In this document: positions 28,062 through 37,491 of the stretch, piece after piece
Layout of the letters: every line of letters begins with the position of its first letter
How positions within the stretch are numbered: the stretch's first letter is position 1
Assembly: GCA_050013255.1 (NCBI GenBank)
Contig: JBEKFP010000001.1
Span: 1,343,938 to 1,407,937 of the forward strand
Source of the DNA: Candidatus Bathyarchaeia archaeon
GTDB lineage: Archaea; Thermoproteota; Bathyarchaeia; 40CM-2-53-6
Length of the DNA stretch: 64,000 bases
Direction: 5' to 3'
Notes under the pieces: generated by a model
Databases searched by the model: none
What the model saw: the letters and a program-made list of their open reading frames with translations, nothing else
Told to the model about the DNA's origin: nothing
Translations under genes and position numbers: made by a program

Positions 28062-29141
28062 TTGAAGAGAATGGTCAGGCGAAACAGATTGACTGGCTAC
28101 CTTGGAAAAGTCAACCGAAACTACTTGGACAGAGTTATCTATCCTAGGCTCGGTGCCGCACGCCGAGAAATAATCGTTGGCCCAAAATTCGGCGTTGACA
28201 ATGCAGTCGTCAGAGTTGGGGGCGGGAGAGTACTGGTGGCAACAACCGACCCGCTATCCTTCATCCCGAGCCTGCGCCCATCTGAATCGGCATGGCTCTC
28301 AGTCAACCTGCTAGCATCCGATCTGACCACCTGCAGTTGCGCCCCCCAGTACGGAATCTTCGACTTCAATCTGCCACCACAGATGGGTAATCACCAATTT
28401 GCCGAGTACTGGAAAGCTTTCCATGCTGAATGCAAGGAGCTTGGGCTGGCAATCGTGGGGGGCCACACGGGAAAGTACCAAGGTTGCGGCTACTCGATAA
28501 TCGGGGGCGGCGTGATGTATACGGTCTGCCGTGAGGACCGGTACTTGACATCTGAGATGGCCGGCAGTGGAGATGACGTTATTCTCACGAAAGGCGCAGC
28601 TGTCGAAACGACCGCAATTCTTACACGAGCATTCCCACGAAAAATCAAAAGAGTGCTAGGGAGCAGGCTGTTCGAGAAGGCTCGGCGTTACTTGTTCAAA
28701 GTGTCGACTGTAAGAGACGCTCTCACAGCGGCTTCTGTTGGAATTCACCAGAATGGCGTAACAGCCATGCATGACGCAACAGAGGGCGGCGTCATTGCCG
28801 CTGTCTTGGAACTTTCAAACGCATCGGGCCTCGGAGTGGAAATCGACCTCGACATGATTCCGATATCCGAAGAGACCCGGGAGATTTGCAAGTTCTTTCG
28901 AATCAACCCTTTGACATCCCTTAGCGAAGGGACTCTCATAATCGCGTCCCGTCCCAATAAAACTGGAAGAGTCTTGAGGCAACTGAAATCCAAGGGAATC
29001 TCGTCGCACGTGATCGGCCGGTTGACAAAGACCCGATCAGCGCGAGCAACAACACAGGGAGGGCGGGTTCGCCTTACGTATCCTAGTTTTGACCCGTACT
29101 GGAGGGCTTACCGGAAGGGAACAACGAAACGCTGGCAATGA
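28062..29141 (+). CDS. AIR synthase-related (PurM/HypE/ThiL superfamily) protein
   Basis: GVDNAV, TTDPLS, IVGGHTG and AMHDATEGG motifs. Confidence 0.88.
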   Translation: MKRMVRRNRLTGYLGKVNRNYLDRVIYPRLGAARREIIVGPKFGVDNAVVRVGGGRVLVATTDPLSFIPSLRPSESAWLSVNLLASDLTTCSCAPQYGIFDFNLPPQMGNHQFAEYWKAFHAECKELGLAIVGGHTGKYQGCGYSIIGGGVMYTVCREDRYLTSEMAGSGDDVILTKGAAVETTAILTRAFPRKIKRVLGSRLFEKARRYLFKVSTVRDALTAASVGIHQNGVTAMHDATEGGVIAAVLELSNASGLGVEIDLDMIPISEETREICKFFRINPLTSLSEGTLIIASRPNKTGRVLRQLKSKGISSHVIGRLTKTRSARATTQGGRVRLTYPSFDPYWRAYRKGTTKRWQ

Positions 29142-29149
29142 ACTTCGGG

Positions 29150-29443
29150 TCAGGTTGCGGACCTAAACTTGAGGTAGCCGACCTTCTCGATGCAGTTCCT
29201 ACACCAGAACTGGTTACGCTCCAGGGAATACTCAGCGTAAGCGTCCACAACAACCGTTCCGCAGTTCCAGCATCGGAGAAGGAGCATCCGCTTAATCTTA
29301 TGGAACTTCATTTCCATCTGGTGTTCCAGCCAGATAGGGTCGCCATACTCGCAGACGGCGTTGCAAACCTCGCAGAAGAAGAAATTGCCAACCACGGCTA
29401 ACTCCCGTGAATCAAAGCTCGTACGCTCCGTAGTCTGGCTCAT
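29150..29443 (-). CDS. Small Cys-rich zinc-binding hypothetical protein
   Basis: Three CxxC pairs. Confidence 0.55.
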   Translation of the reverse strand: MSQTTERTSFDSRELAVVGNFFFCEVCNAVCEYGDPIWLEHQMEMKFHKIKRMLLLRCWNCGTVVVDAYAEYSLERNQFWCRNCIEKVGYLKFRSAT

Positions 29444-29520
29444 GGCCTTTCAGATCCCGTCAGTTTTCCCACCAGAACCAATTGGACCGTACATATGCCT
29501 TTGGTTTAACCTGCCAAGAA

Positions 29521-30423
29521 TTAGAACGAAGTCGGTTTCCAAAAATCGAGAAGGTATTCGAACGTTGTGCCCATGGTTATGTAGTTGGACGGCCAGCCGA
29601 AGATTCCTACTCTGTTGACTATGTTGGTTCTGTCCCAGATGATTGTGTTCCGAAGCTCGTAACCGGCTTCAACCAGGGCGTGGTACACATGCACATGAAG
29701 CGGGACTCTCATTCCGTGATTATCATTCTTCCACCACATATCTGGCACGTTGATGACCGCATGACCCTTAGGTTTCAGGATTGGAAGAAGGCCTCTGAAA
29801 ATGACTCCCATTTGTTCCGTGTATTTTTCGAAGGCTAGTGTTCCGAGGTCCCTGTCGTCTTGGCTGTATTGTTCTACCTTGAGGTACTGTTTGTTCCGCC
29901 TAAGTTCGCCTCTTCTGCTCTTGTTCGACCTCGGCCTGTTGAGGAGGTTCGCGTAGGGAGGGGAGGTGAAAATCAAACTGACTGTGCCTTCTTCAAGATA
30001 TGCGGGTGTTCTTCGCGCATCGTCGCAGAGTACGATCTGCTGTGTTTCACGTTTCCGACCGGCTATCTCCAGCCTCTGCCTCGCAGCATCGCAATATTGG
30101 GGGTTGATGTCAAAGCCCACCGCATTCCTCTCAATGTCCTGGCAAGCGAGTAGTGTCGTGCCGATTCCATTGAAAGGGTCTAGCACAACCTCGCCCTTGT
30201 GCGTGAATAGCTCCACCACCCTCTTGGCTAGGGCGATGGGCATCACTGCCGGATGTACTTCTTTGTCTCTGATGTCACGTTTCTCATAGAAGCATTTCCA
30301 TACCCCGATCTGTGCTTTGATCCATTCCTTAGCCGACATACAGTTGAGGTGGTTCTCGGGGCAGTTGCATAGTCTAGCTGACGAGATTGAGAGTTTGGCC
30401 GGCGTCTCTAGCATAGTGTTCAA
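29521..30423 (-). CDS. DNA methyltransferase (N4/N6 family), apparently orphan
   Basis: HPAVMP, VLDPFNGIGTT (motif I) and FTSPPY (motif IV). Confidence 0.88.
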   Translation of the reverse strand: MNTMLETPAKLSISSARLCNCPENHLNCMSAKEWIKAQIGVWKCFYEKRDIRDKEVHPAVMPIALAKRVVELFTHKGEVVLDPFNGIGTTLLACQDIERNAVGFDINPQYCDAARQRLEIAGRKRETQQIVLCDDARRTPAYLEEGTVSLIFTSPPYANLLNRPRSNKSRRGELRRNKQYLKVEQYSQDDRDLGTLAFEKYTEQMGVIFRGLLPILKPKGHAVINVPDMWWKNDNHGMRVPLHVHVYHALVEAGYELRNTIIWDRTNIVNRVGIFGWPSNYITMGTTFEYLLDFWKPTSF

Positions 30424-30468
30424 CCTAGGATGGTCGGCTGAAGTAAAAAGCGCTCCTGAAGCTCGCCC

Positions 30469-30897
30469 CTAGATGCCACGCGCACTCCAAGCGACTACGC
30501 TAATCGGTTTGATTTTGATTAACGGCCTGTCTTCAAGTTTCATCTGACGATACTGTTTGTATTTTTCCCGTAGGAGCATAACTGCTCGCTCATGAGCTTC
30601 TCCTTTGTGAACAATTTCTGCGGAGCCACGCACTATTACGTACTTCAGCTCGCTCCAATCTTCTTCGTAATGATCCACGACCAAGCACACGTTGGCGTTC
30701 TCAGCAATATTCAGGACCCGCCGTAACTGAGTTGGCTTTCTTCGCTTGGGCTTCTCGTCGATTGGGGTGTAGAGCGAGGCTCCATCGAGCACGTAACATA
30801 TAGGAACAACGTGTGGTTTACCACGCTTCGTTGAAGTAGCCAAATGTCCTAAGCGGGATTCGATAAGAAGTTCGCGTGCCCAGCCTTCTACTCTCAT
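30469..30897 (-). CDS. PPOX-class probable F420-dependent oxidoreductase
   Basis: LAT....G.PHVVP, IDEKPK, LRRV.NI..N..V.LVVDHY.EDW. Confidence 0.88.
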   Translation of the reverse strand: MRVEGWARELLIESRLGHLATSTKRGKPHVVPICYVLDGASLYTPIDEKPKRRKPTQLRRVLNIAENANVCLVVDHYEEDWSELKYVIVRGSAEIVHKGEAHERAVMLLREKYKQYRQMKLEDRPLIKIKPISVVAWSARGI

Positions 30898-30916
30898 GCC
30901 CGACTCCTTCTCATAG

Positions 30917-31363
30917 ATGGAAAGCTCTTATTCTTCATACGGAGATGTTGGAGGAGAATCAACTTTGCCCATCTTCTTCACTCCTAAGCAGGCTAATGAG
31001 TTCTTACCTCAAGTGAAGGAGACGGTTGAACGATCCATCGCGATCAAGAAGGAAGCTGATGCGTTAAAGGATGAGGCGGAGATGGCGGACGCCATGGAAC
31101 GGCTTGGCGGGGAAATTCAGAAGCTTGAGGAACTCGGCTGCGTCCTAAAGGACCTGAACATCGGGCTACTTGATTTCCCAGCAGTAAGGCTTGGCACACG
31201 CGTTTGGCTCTGCTGGAAATTAGGCGAGGAGAATGTTGCCTTCTGGCATGACCTGCATGAGGGCTACGCCGGAAGGAAAATGGTTAATGAGAAAGAGTTC
31301 TACGAGGACGACCTTGCGATAAAATCGCTAACGGGCGAGGTCATCTCGAAACCGAACACTTAG
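30917..31363 (+). CDS. DUF2203 family protein
   Basis: FT..QAN..LP; LKDL..GLLDFP...WLCWKLGE...WH...GYAGR. Confidence 0.88.
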   Translation: MESSYSSYGDVGGESTLPIFFTPKQANEFLPQVKETVERSIAIKKEADALKDEAEMADAMERLGGEIQKLEELGCVLKDLNIGLLDFPAVRLGTRVWLCWKLGEENVAFWHDLHEGYAGRKMVNEKEFYEDDLAIKSLTGEVISKPNT

Positions 31364-31942
31364 CACCTGGAGTTCCTCAAAGAATAGTGAACGTTTCGCC
31401 GTTACCTCATATTGAAACTCAGGGATTCCCGCAGAGAATAGGGAAGCTGAATCATTCAAACTGCTGACCAATAACAAAGCGGTTCCATCCCTTTCAAGGT
31501 GGCCTGCCAGGCTTCTCAAGAATCGCTTTGACAAGGCCGTGCCATCGGGCCCACCATCAACGGTCCTATCCTCAACTGTTGAACTGGGCAGGTACGGGGG
31601 GTTGAAAATGATTACATTGAACTGCTCTCGAACATTCGAGAACATGTCTGACAATATTGATCGAATGCTCAGCCCCAGCGCTCCAGCAGCCATCTGTGCA
31701 GTTTGTAAGCATAACTCGTTAACATCCGTAGCCGTGACATGTGCTCCACGAGCTGCGCAAAATAGGCTTAGGATACCTGAACCAGTCCCGACATCGAGAA
31801 CTTTCTTTCCTTCGATCGGTATCTTTGCGAGGGCGTCTAGCATTAGGAAAGTGTCGTCGCTCGGGGAATAGACGTTCTTCGGCACATCTCCTATGGCACG
31901 AAGGATTTTTCTGAGAATTTCTTCGTTCTCGGCTTTTTGCAC
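31328..31942 (-). CDS. HemK2/Mtq2-like methyltransferase
   Basis: VYSPSDDTFL, VLDVGTGSG and FNPPYLP motifs. Confidence 0.9.
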   Translation of the reverse strand: MQKAENEEILRKILRAIGDVPKNVYSPSDDTFLMLDALAKIPIEGKKVLDVGTGSGILSLFCAARGAHVTATDVNELCLQTAQMAAGALGLSIRSILSDMFSNVREQFNVIIFNPPYLPSSTVEDRTVDGGPDGTALSKRFLRSLAGHLERDGTALLLVSSLNDSASLFSAGIPEFQYEVTAKRSLFFEELQVLSVRFRDDLAR

Positions 31943-31967
31943 GAGTCTGTTCTCTGCGCCTTTGGGC

Positions 31968-32582
31968 TTATGGTTCAGCCATGAACTTGATGAATTCTTC
32001 CCGTGTGCGTGTTTTCAATGTGTAATTGTTTTTGCGCTCGAACCCAATAGTTGAGGATGTTGTTTTTCCGTAGTCGTGGCCCGGGTAGACCTCTATTGTA
32101 TCCTCCAAGGGTAGGATCTTCTCTACTAGGCTATCGTACAGGTCTCCAGAATTTCCACCAGCCAGGTCTGTTCTGCCGCATTCGCCAACGAACAAAGTGT
32201 CGCCTGTGAGTAGTTTTCCGTCTACGAGTAGGCAGATGTGGTCTGGGCAATGACCAGGTGTGTGGAACACTTTCAGCTTCAACGATCCAATTTCAATGGT
32301 GTCGCCGTCCTTTACCGAAATATCCTTTCGGACGGGGGATTTCTCGTGCATGACGACCTTTGCGCCTGTACGTTTAGCGACCGTTTCGTTCCCTTCGATA
32401 TGGTCATGGTGAGAATGCGTATTGATGACCAAAGTAACCTTCAAACCCAATTCTTCGCATGACGCCAGTAAATTATCAACTTCCCAAGCAGGGTCGACCA
32501 GCGCAGCCGACTTAGTCTTCTCGTCTCCGATAATGTATGAGAAGTTCTGGAAGGTGCCAACGGGTACTTGTTTGAATATCAT
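31968..32582 (-). CDS. MBL-fold metallo-hydrolase (glyoxalase II-like)
   Basis: THSHHDH, HTPGH, TGDTLF and PGHDYG motifs. Confidence 0.92.
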   Translation of the reverse strand: MIFKQVPVGTFQNFSYIIGDEKTKSAALVDPAWEVDNLLASCEELGLKVTLVINTHSHHDHIEGNETVAKRTGAKVVMHEKSPVRKDISVKDGDTIEIGSLKLKVFHTPGHCPDHICLLVDGKLLTGDTLFVGECGRTDLAGGNSGDLYDSLVEKILPLEDTIEVYPGHDYGKTTSSTIGFERKNNYTLKTRTREEFIKFMAEP

Positions 32583-32664
32583 GGCTGCCTCAGGTAGAAA
32601 GCCGGGCGAACTTTAATCAATTTCGTTTTCCTTAGTTGCCGACAGTATAGGCTTCGAGAAGGGC

Positions 32665-33027
32665 TTGATGCAAATGGCTCAACTAATTCTATTCGAGCCC
32701 GACCTTCTCTTCTCATCAAGAATAGAGAGCGCCGCCACGAAGGCTGGCTTCCCCGTAAAGGTTTTCGACAACCTAGATGAATTTCTCAAAGAAGCCAAGC
32801 AATCGACGCCACAAGTCGCCATCGTGAGCCTTGACGCCGCAACGGGAAAATTCGCGGGCCTGGAAGTTCTCGCCCGAAGCCCGTTTTGTAAGGTGGTCGG
32901 GTATTATTCGCATGTGAACAGCAATTTAGCGGAAGAAGCGCAGCGCACTGGAATCAGCGCCGTGTTTCCTCGCGGAGCATTCGCGCACAAACTCGAAGCT
33001 ATGTTGAGACAGTTCTCCTCAGGCTGA
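32665..33027 (+). CDS. Receiver-domain-like hypothetical protein
   Basis: DLLFSSRI...VSLD...VGYYSHV pattern; no clear phosphoacceptor context. Confidence 0.6.
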   Translation: MMQMAQLILFEPDLLFSSRIESAATKAGFPVKVFDNLDEFLKEAKQSTPQVAIVSLDAATGKFAGLEVLARSPFCKVVGYYSHVNSNLAEEAQRTGISAVFPRGAFAHKLEAMLRQFSSG

Positions 33028-33861
33028 CAGTTCCCTTACTTTTCGCATGTTCTCCTTCTCGTCGCCGCGCTCATCGATAGGTGTTTCCATGATGAAGGGG
33101 AGGTTTCGAACCGCCTCATGCTTGAAGAACGCCCTGAAGCCTTGTTCGCCAATGTATCCCAAGCCTATGTGCTCATGCCTGTCCCTGCCCGAACCCAAAC
33201 CGACCTGCGAATCATTCAGATGAACTACCTTCAATATGCTAAAACCCAGAACAGAATTGAATTTCCCGAGAGTGTCGTCGACGCCCCGTGGTGAGTGCAG
33301 GTCGTAGCCGGCTGCGTACGCGTGCGCAGTATCGAAACAGGCCCCCACGCGTTCTCTATCCTCGACTCGATCAAAGATTCTCTTAATGTCTTCGAAAGAA
33401 GAGCCCATACTGTTCTTGGTGCCCGCGGTGTTCTCGAGAAGGAGCATGACATCGTTCGGGTTCTCTGAAAGTGCGCGGTTAATTGCAGCCACGATTTTCT
33501 CCAAGCCAATGTCGGAGCCTTCACCGAGGTGACTACCCAGGTGCGTCACAATGTATGGGATTCCTAGCGTCCCACACCTATCAAGCTCACCACTAAGCGA
33601 TTTTACCGACTTGTTGTAAATCAACTTCTTAGGCGAGGAAAGGTTCGGCAGATACGGCATGTGGGCTACGACGGGAGCTAGGTTGTACGACCCGACCTTC
33701 CGCTTGAATTCTCCAACTTCCCCGCGGTCAAGCTTCTTGTACTTCCACCCCCTGGGATTCCTCGTAAACATTTGAAACGTGTCACAGCCTATTTCGCGGG
33801 CGCGATCGGCCGCTTGATCGATTGTTCCCGAAATTGAAACATGCATCCCAAGCCTGATCAA
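33019..33861 (-). CDS. nfo: Endonuclease IV
   Basis: GMHVSI, HMPYLPNL, LENTAG, CFDTAH, HLNDS...DRHEHIG and METP motifs. Confidence 0.95.
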   Translation of the reverse strand: MIRLGMHVSISGTIDQAADRAREIGCDTFQMFTRNPRGWKYKKLDRGEVGEFKRKVGSYNLAPVVAHMPYLPNLSSPKKLIYNKSVKSLSGELDRCGTLGIPYIVTHLGSHLGEGSDIGLEKIVAAINRALSENPNDVMLLLENTAGTKNSMGSSFEDIKRIFDRVEDRERVGACFDTAHAYAAGYDLHSPRGVDDTLGKFNSVLGFSILKVVHLNDSQVGLGSGRDRHEHIGLGYIGEQGFRAFFKHEAVRNLPFIMETPIDERGDEKENMRKVRELSA

Positions 33862-33996
33862 GAACCATTCTCCACAACGAGCAATGAAATAGGTGTAGAA
33901 AGAAAAGGTGTTCGATGCTCAGCCGGCTCGCATGAACACTCAACTCTGGCAACTTGGAAAAGTTGATATGAGAACAGACCTGGACGGTCTCGCGAT

Positions 33997-34133
33997 GGCC
34001 GCCGTAGCGTAGAGGAGTCCTAAACTCCGCGAAGCTTGGTAGCGTATAGACCCTCCTTGGGGTACAGGGCTGTGGACCCTACGGGGTGGGTTCAAAGCGT
34101 CGCCAAAACGACGTGAAAGTCCCACCGGCGGCC
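33997..34133 (+). tRNA. tRNA-His(GUG) with encoded G-1 and three BHB introns (15/16: 34013-34034; 29/30: 34050-34067; 59/60: 34097-34119)
   Basis: Removing the introns gives G-GCCGCCG TA GCGT AGCTTGGTA GCGT A TAGGG CTGTGGA CCCTA CGGG GTGGG TTCAAAT CCCAC CGGCGGC C; anticodon 34072-34074. Confidence 0.9.
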
Positions 34134-34161
34134 CTCAACAATTCATTTTTGAAGTAGAGGC

Positions 34162-34437
34162 GTGAATTCCTACGATAATCAGGTTGAAGGATGGTGGGTT
34201 AGAATCATCGATCGGATGCTGAGGCGAAGCGGGCCTGGTACGTGTGAAATCTGCGAGAGGAAACCTGCAACAAGGAAGGCGAAGTTTACCGCGCAATCTC
34301 TTCAATCAACCTCTATGCCCTTGTTTGACGAGGAGTCGCTCGTTGCGGGCGAATTTGAGAAGAAGGTATGTGAAGAATGCCTGACCTCCTTGCAGAACGC
34401 AAAGAACGTAACGGAACTCACCTTCGAACGATTGTGA
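34162..34437 (+). CDS. Small zinc-finger hypothetical protein
   Basis: CEIC...VCEEC pairs. Confidence 0.55.
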   Translation: MNSYDNQVEGWWVRIIDRMLRRSGPGTCEICERKPATRKAKFTAQSLQSTSMPLFDEESLVAGEFEKKVCEECLTSLQNAKNVTELTFERL

Positions 34438-34557
34438 GCAAGTTTAACCCAACTTTGAGCATCTTGTTCAGAAATCACTGTGAAAGAATTCTCGCTCATC
34501 TGATCTGCGCGGAGGCGGGAAGGGTTAAAGGTTCGAGTCAGAATCTGTAGAGAAAGT

Positions 34558-34673
34558 GGGCCGGTAGTTCAGCCTGGTATGCCAAGTGTTCGCTGGGCCA
34601 AAGAACGTCCGGTTTGCAAGTTCTTCACCAAGCTTCCGGAAGGTCGCGGGTCCGAATCCCGCCCGGTCCACCA
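34558..34673 (+). tRNA. tRNA-Ala(UGC) with two BHB introns (21/22: 34581-34602; 37/38: 34619-34634), CCA encoded
   Basis: Acceptor GGGCCGG/CCGGTCC with G3:U70; anticodon TGC 34615-34617; cloverleaf restored after intron removal. Confidence 0.92.
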
Positions 34674-35136
34674 AATAAATGTCGATTACCAGAGCCGGCT
34701 AGTGGCGGCCCAGTGAGCGGGAGTGATTCTCTATAGTATCGCTACAGGCGGCGGTGCATACTGCACAGGGATTGGGAACCTGAATCTGACGTTATTTACC
34801 GGATAGAACACTAAAGGCGGTTGAGGCTGGCACTCTATCGGGACCATTATCGGTGCGGCGAAGTAAACGTAATTCATTGTTTCTTACCTTTCGCTTATAA
34901 GCCGCTCAGAGGTCACATAAACGTTTCCGGTCCGCCCTGAATTTGATGAGTGTTCATCTTTACGTTCCCCCTATAAATCAACAGCTTGGTGTCAACGTGT
35001 TTTGACTAACTGGTGCTTGCTTAACCTGCGCCCGGACCGTTACGGCTCCCAATTCAAGCATGTTTTTGCCTACTGAGAATGTGACAATTGTTATGTGATT
35101 CGTTAGCCGAAGTTTAGTGTTTACTGAGGTTTCAAG

Positions 35137-36075
35137 ATGGAACCCGCACCTGTTTTTCTGCCGGCTCCTGCAGTTGTAGAAGACAGATCAAAGCCGGTTG
35201 TTATTCGGCCCCCAGAAGTCAACGGGGCACACGATTACGCTGTGATTGGGTACTTGCTCGTATTTCTCATGACCCTTCCTTGGTTCATAATTGTCCTCAC
35301 GATAGGTGCCTTCGGCTTATTGGCCTCACCCTACCTTCCATTCCCGGTCATACTCCCGCCCGTCTTGCCCGTGTGGTTAGTCAGCATACCGTTGATTGGG
35401 CCGCTTCTGTTAATCCTGACATTCCCTGGCGTAGGGCTTACCCCTAGCTGGTTCGTCTACTTGGGCTTTGGCGCGATAGGCCTTCTAGCCGTCCTGATCT
35501 TCATTGCAATCGTTTACTTCGGAACCGTACGCAACATTAACAAGGGCCGATACGAAAAGGCACGAAGTGCAGCGCTATTTTTTGCGGTTCTCTTCCTAAT
35601 CCCAGTCTTCCTGGTTCTAGTTGCACCGGCGTCCTTCTTCCCCACGGTAGTCTTGCTACTTCCAGCATTCTTCTTCTTCATGACATACGGCCGGCTTGGC
35701 GAAGTTATAGCGAAATATGGCCCCGTCGCAGTTTTGGGTGAAGCAGTCCCGGGTGTAGGTGTAGCCGGTGGTCCTCCAGGGCCTATGTTTGGCGGACCTC
35801 CGCCAATGGGCGGCCCGTTTGCAGGTCCACCAATGGGTGGTCCGTTTGCTGTGGGACCGATGGGTGGCTCAATGCCTGGTGGACCGATGGGTGGCCCAAT
35901 GCCTGGTGGACCGATGGGTCAATTTCCGGGTCAGATGGGCATGCCTGCTCCTTCAGCTCCTGCACCAGCGCCAAAGACACCTTTGTGCCCCACCTGCGGT
36001 AGGGACCTGTACTACTCAGCGAACCACAGGCGATGGTACTGCCAGACGTGCGATGGCTCTTCCACCCACCTCTAA
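35137..36075 (+). CDS. Membrane protein with Gly-Gly-Pro-Met repeat tail and C-terminal zinc ribbon
   Basis: Multiple TM helices; GGPMGG repeats; CPTCG...WYCQTC. Confidence 0.75.
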   Translation: MEPAPVFLPAPAVVEDRSKPVVIRPPEVNGAHDYAVIGYLLVFLMTLPWFIIVLTIGAFGLLASPYLPFPVILPPVLPVWLVSIPLIGPLLLILTFPGVGLTPSWFVYLGFGAIGLLAVLIFIAIVYFGTVRNINKGRYEKARSAALFFAVLFLIPVFLVLVAPASFFPTVVLLLPAFFFFMTYGRLGEVIAKYGPVAVLGEAVPGVGVAGGPPGPMFGGPPPMGGPFAGPPMGGPFAVGPMGGSMPGGPMGGPMPGGPMGQFPGQMGMPAPSAPAPAPKTPLCPTCGRDLYYSANHRRWYCQTCDGSSTHL

Positions 36076-36076
36076 A

Positions 36077-36937
36077 CTACCCGAACTGTCTCAGTTGCTT
36101 AACGTGTCCCAAGTAGGTTCCATCCAGTAGGTGCACCTCTGCATCTTCAACGTCAACTGCACCCGACCTCAGAACGGGCCCAAGGCGTTCGCCCGCATGT
36201 GTTTCTTCAATCCTCCGAGAATTCACTGGACGCCCGCCAAGGAAATCATTGAATGGCGGGACGAAGACGCAACGTGTCGCTGAGAGTCTAACATGAAACC
36301 TTTCTTTGAGAATCTTTTCAAGGTCGCCTTTAGGTTGAATTCCCGCGGCCTTCAAGGTCCCTCGAAGCAGTTTCTTCGGATCGCAAGAAGCCGTAACCCA
36401 TGCTGGTCTGGTCAACCTGTATCCCAAAGCGTCCCGGAGGGTAACCGCTGGATGAAGGTGTCCTAGAATTAGTGTCTCGCATCCCAATATTTCCGGGGAG
36501 GGCCAGGCATGTCCATGCAGCAACCCAAACCGTCCCCAGAGCGCTAGGCCCGTGGGAGAGACAATCTCAAGCTTCGACGGTGTCAGCGGTTCCAAGTTGC
36601 CGTCATGGTTGCCCAAAATAACCGTTACAGAGGGAACTAACTTCAGCAGCGCCTCAAAGAATTCTGGGACATCCCTCCATTCTTCCAACTCCGCGCCGGT
36701 TACGCTATGCTTCACATCGCCTAGCATGATAATGCGTGAGGGGTGTTCCTTCTCAATGATTGCCCTAAGCCTTTGAAGCATTTTGCCGGTTTGCGATGGA
36801 ATGTGGATTCCTTGTTGGGATAGCGTGACCTCCCAGCCAATGTGAAGGTCGCCGACGACGACCACCCTCTCACCGCGTCGCCGCAGCAGCAGGGCGGGTT
36901 CCGATCCGATTGGTTTGAGCGCGTTCAAGGGCGACAC
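36077..36937 (-). CDS. Metallophosphoesterase (calcineurin-like)
   Basis: GDLHIG, LGDVKH, GNHD, HGH and GHLHP motifs. Confidence 0.9.
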   Translation of the reverse strand: MSPLNALKPIGSEPALLLRRRGERVVVVGDLHIGWEVTLSQQGIHIPSQTGKMLQRLRAIIEKEHPSRIIMLGDVKHSVTGAELEEWRDVPEFFEALLKLVPSVTVILGNHDGNLEPLTPSKLEIVSPTGLALWGRFGLLHGHAWPSPEILGCETLILGHLHPAVTLRDALGYRLTRPAWVTASCDPKKLLRGTLKAAGIQPKGDLEKILKERFHVRLSATRCVFVPPFNDFLGGRPVNSRRIEETHAGERLGPVLRSGAVDVEDAEVHLLDGTYLGHVKQLRQFG

Positions 36938-37029
36938 TTCTCGCTAAATTGAGATGTCCACTGGGTTATGTGTTCATCCCCAAGGCGAACAAAAGGTTAG
37001 ATAGTTCGCGTAGATTTTCAGCAGAGCGT

Positions 37030-37144
37030 AGCCCGGTGGTGTAGTGGACAGTTCAAACCCGCAGAAGCATAGAGGGCTTTGGACCCTCCGACGGGAGTTC
37101 GAAAGGCATCAAGAAAATGTCCGAACCTCTCCCCCGGGCTACCA
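37030..37144 (+). tRNA. tRNA-Gln(UUG) with two non-canonical BHB introns (D-loop: 37050-37064; 59/60: 37104-37127), CCA encoded
   Basis: Acceptor AGCCCGG/CCGGGCT; anticodon stem GAGGG/CCCTC; anticodon TTG 37079-37081. Confidence 0.92.
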
Positions 37145-37158
37145 ATTGATTCAGGTCA

Positions 37159-37470
37159 TTACATTTTCAATTCGATTCCGACAGTTCGCTTGATTAATTG
37201 CGCTAGCACATCCGCTTGGGCCTTTGGCCCTCCCTTGGAGGGTATCGTGACGACCAATGGGAATTCCTTCTTGGTTCGTTCGAGAATTGGTTGGATCCAT
37301 TCCATGACGGAGTCCGTGACCATGATAAGTGAGATTGTTTCGTCGGAATGGACTTTTCTGAATACTTTCTCAGCTTCATCCCTATCCTTCACGGCGTAGC
37401 TGTTCTTTATTCCTGTCACTTTGAAGTATGCGGAGGTAGGCTTGTCCGCGAGTAGCGCTATTTTGCCCAA
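37159..37470 (-). CDS. atpF: A/V-type ATP synthase subunit F
   Basis: KIALLAD......FKVTGI, PLVVTIP...G and LIKRTVGIE motifs. Confidence 0.85.
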   Translation of the reverse strand: MGKIALLADKPTSAYFKVTGIKNSYAVKDRDEAEKVFRKVHSDETISLIMVTDSVMEWIQPILERTKKEFPLVVTIPSKGGPKAQADVLAQLIKRTVGIELKM

Positions 37471-37491
37471 TGGTCATGACTCCGTTTTAAC

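Noticed and set aside
29521-30423. Second DNA methyltransferase as part of an R-M system
   Set aside because: No nuclease neighbour; embedded among housekeeping-type genes, so treated as orphan.
37079-37399. ORFs overlapping tRNA genes (33940-34125, 37079-37399, 47181-47378)
   Set aside because: Shadow ORFs over tRNA genes or antisense to real genes.
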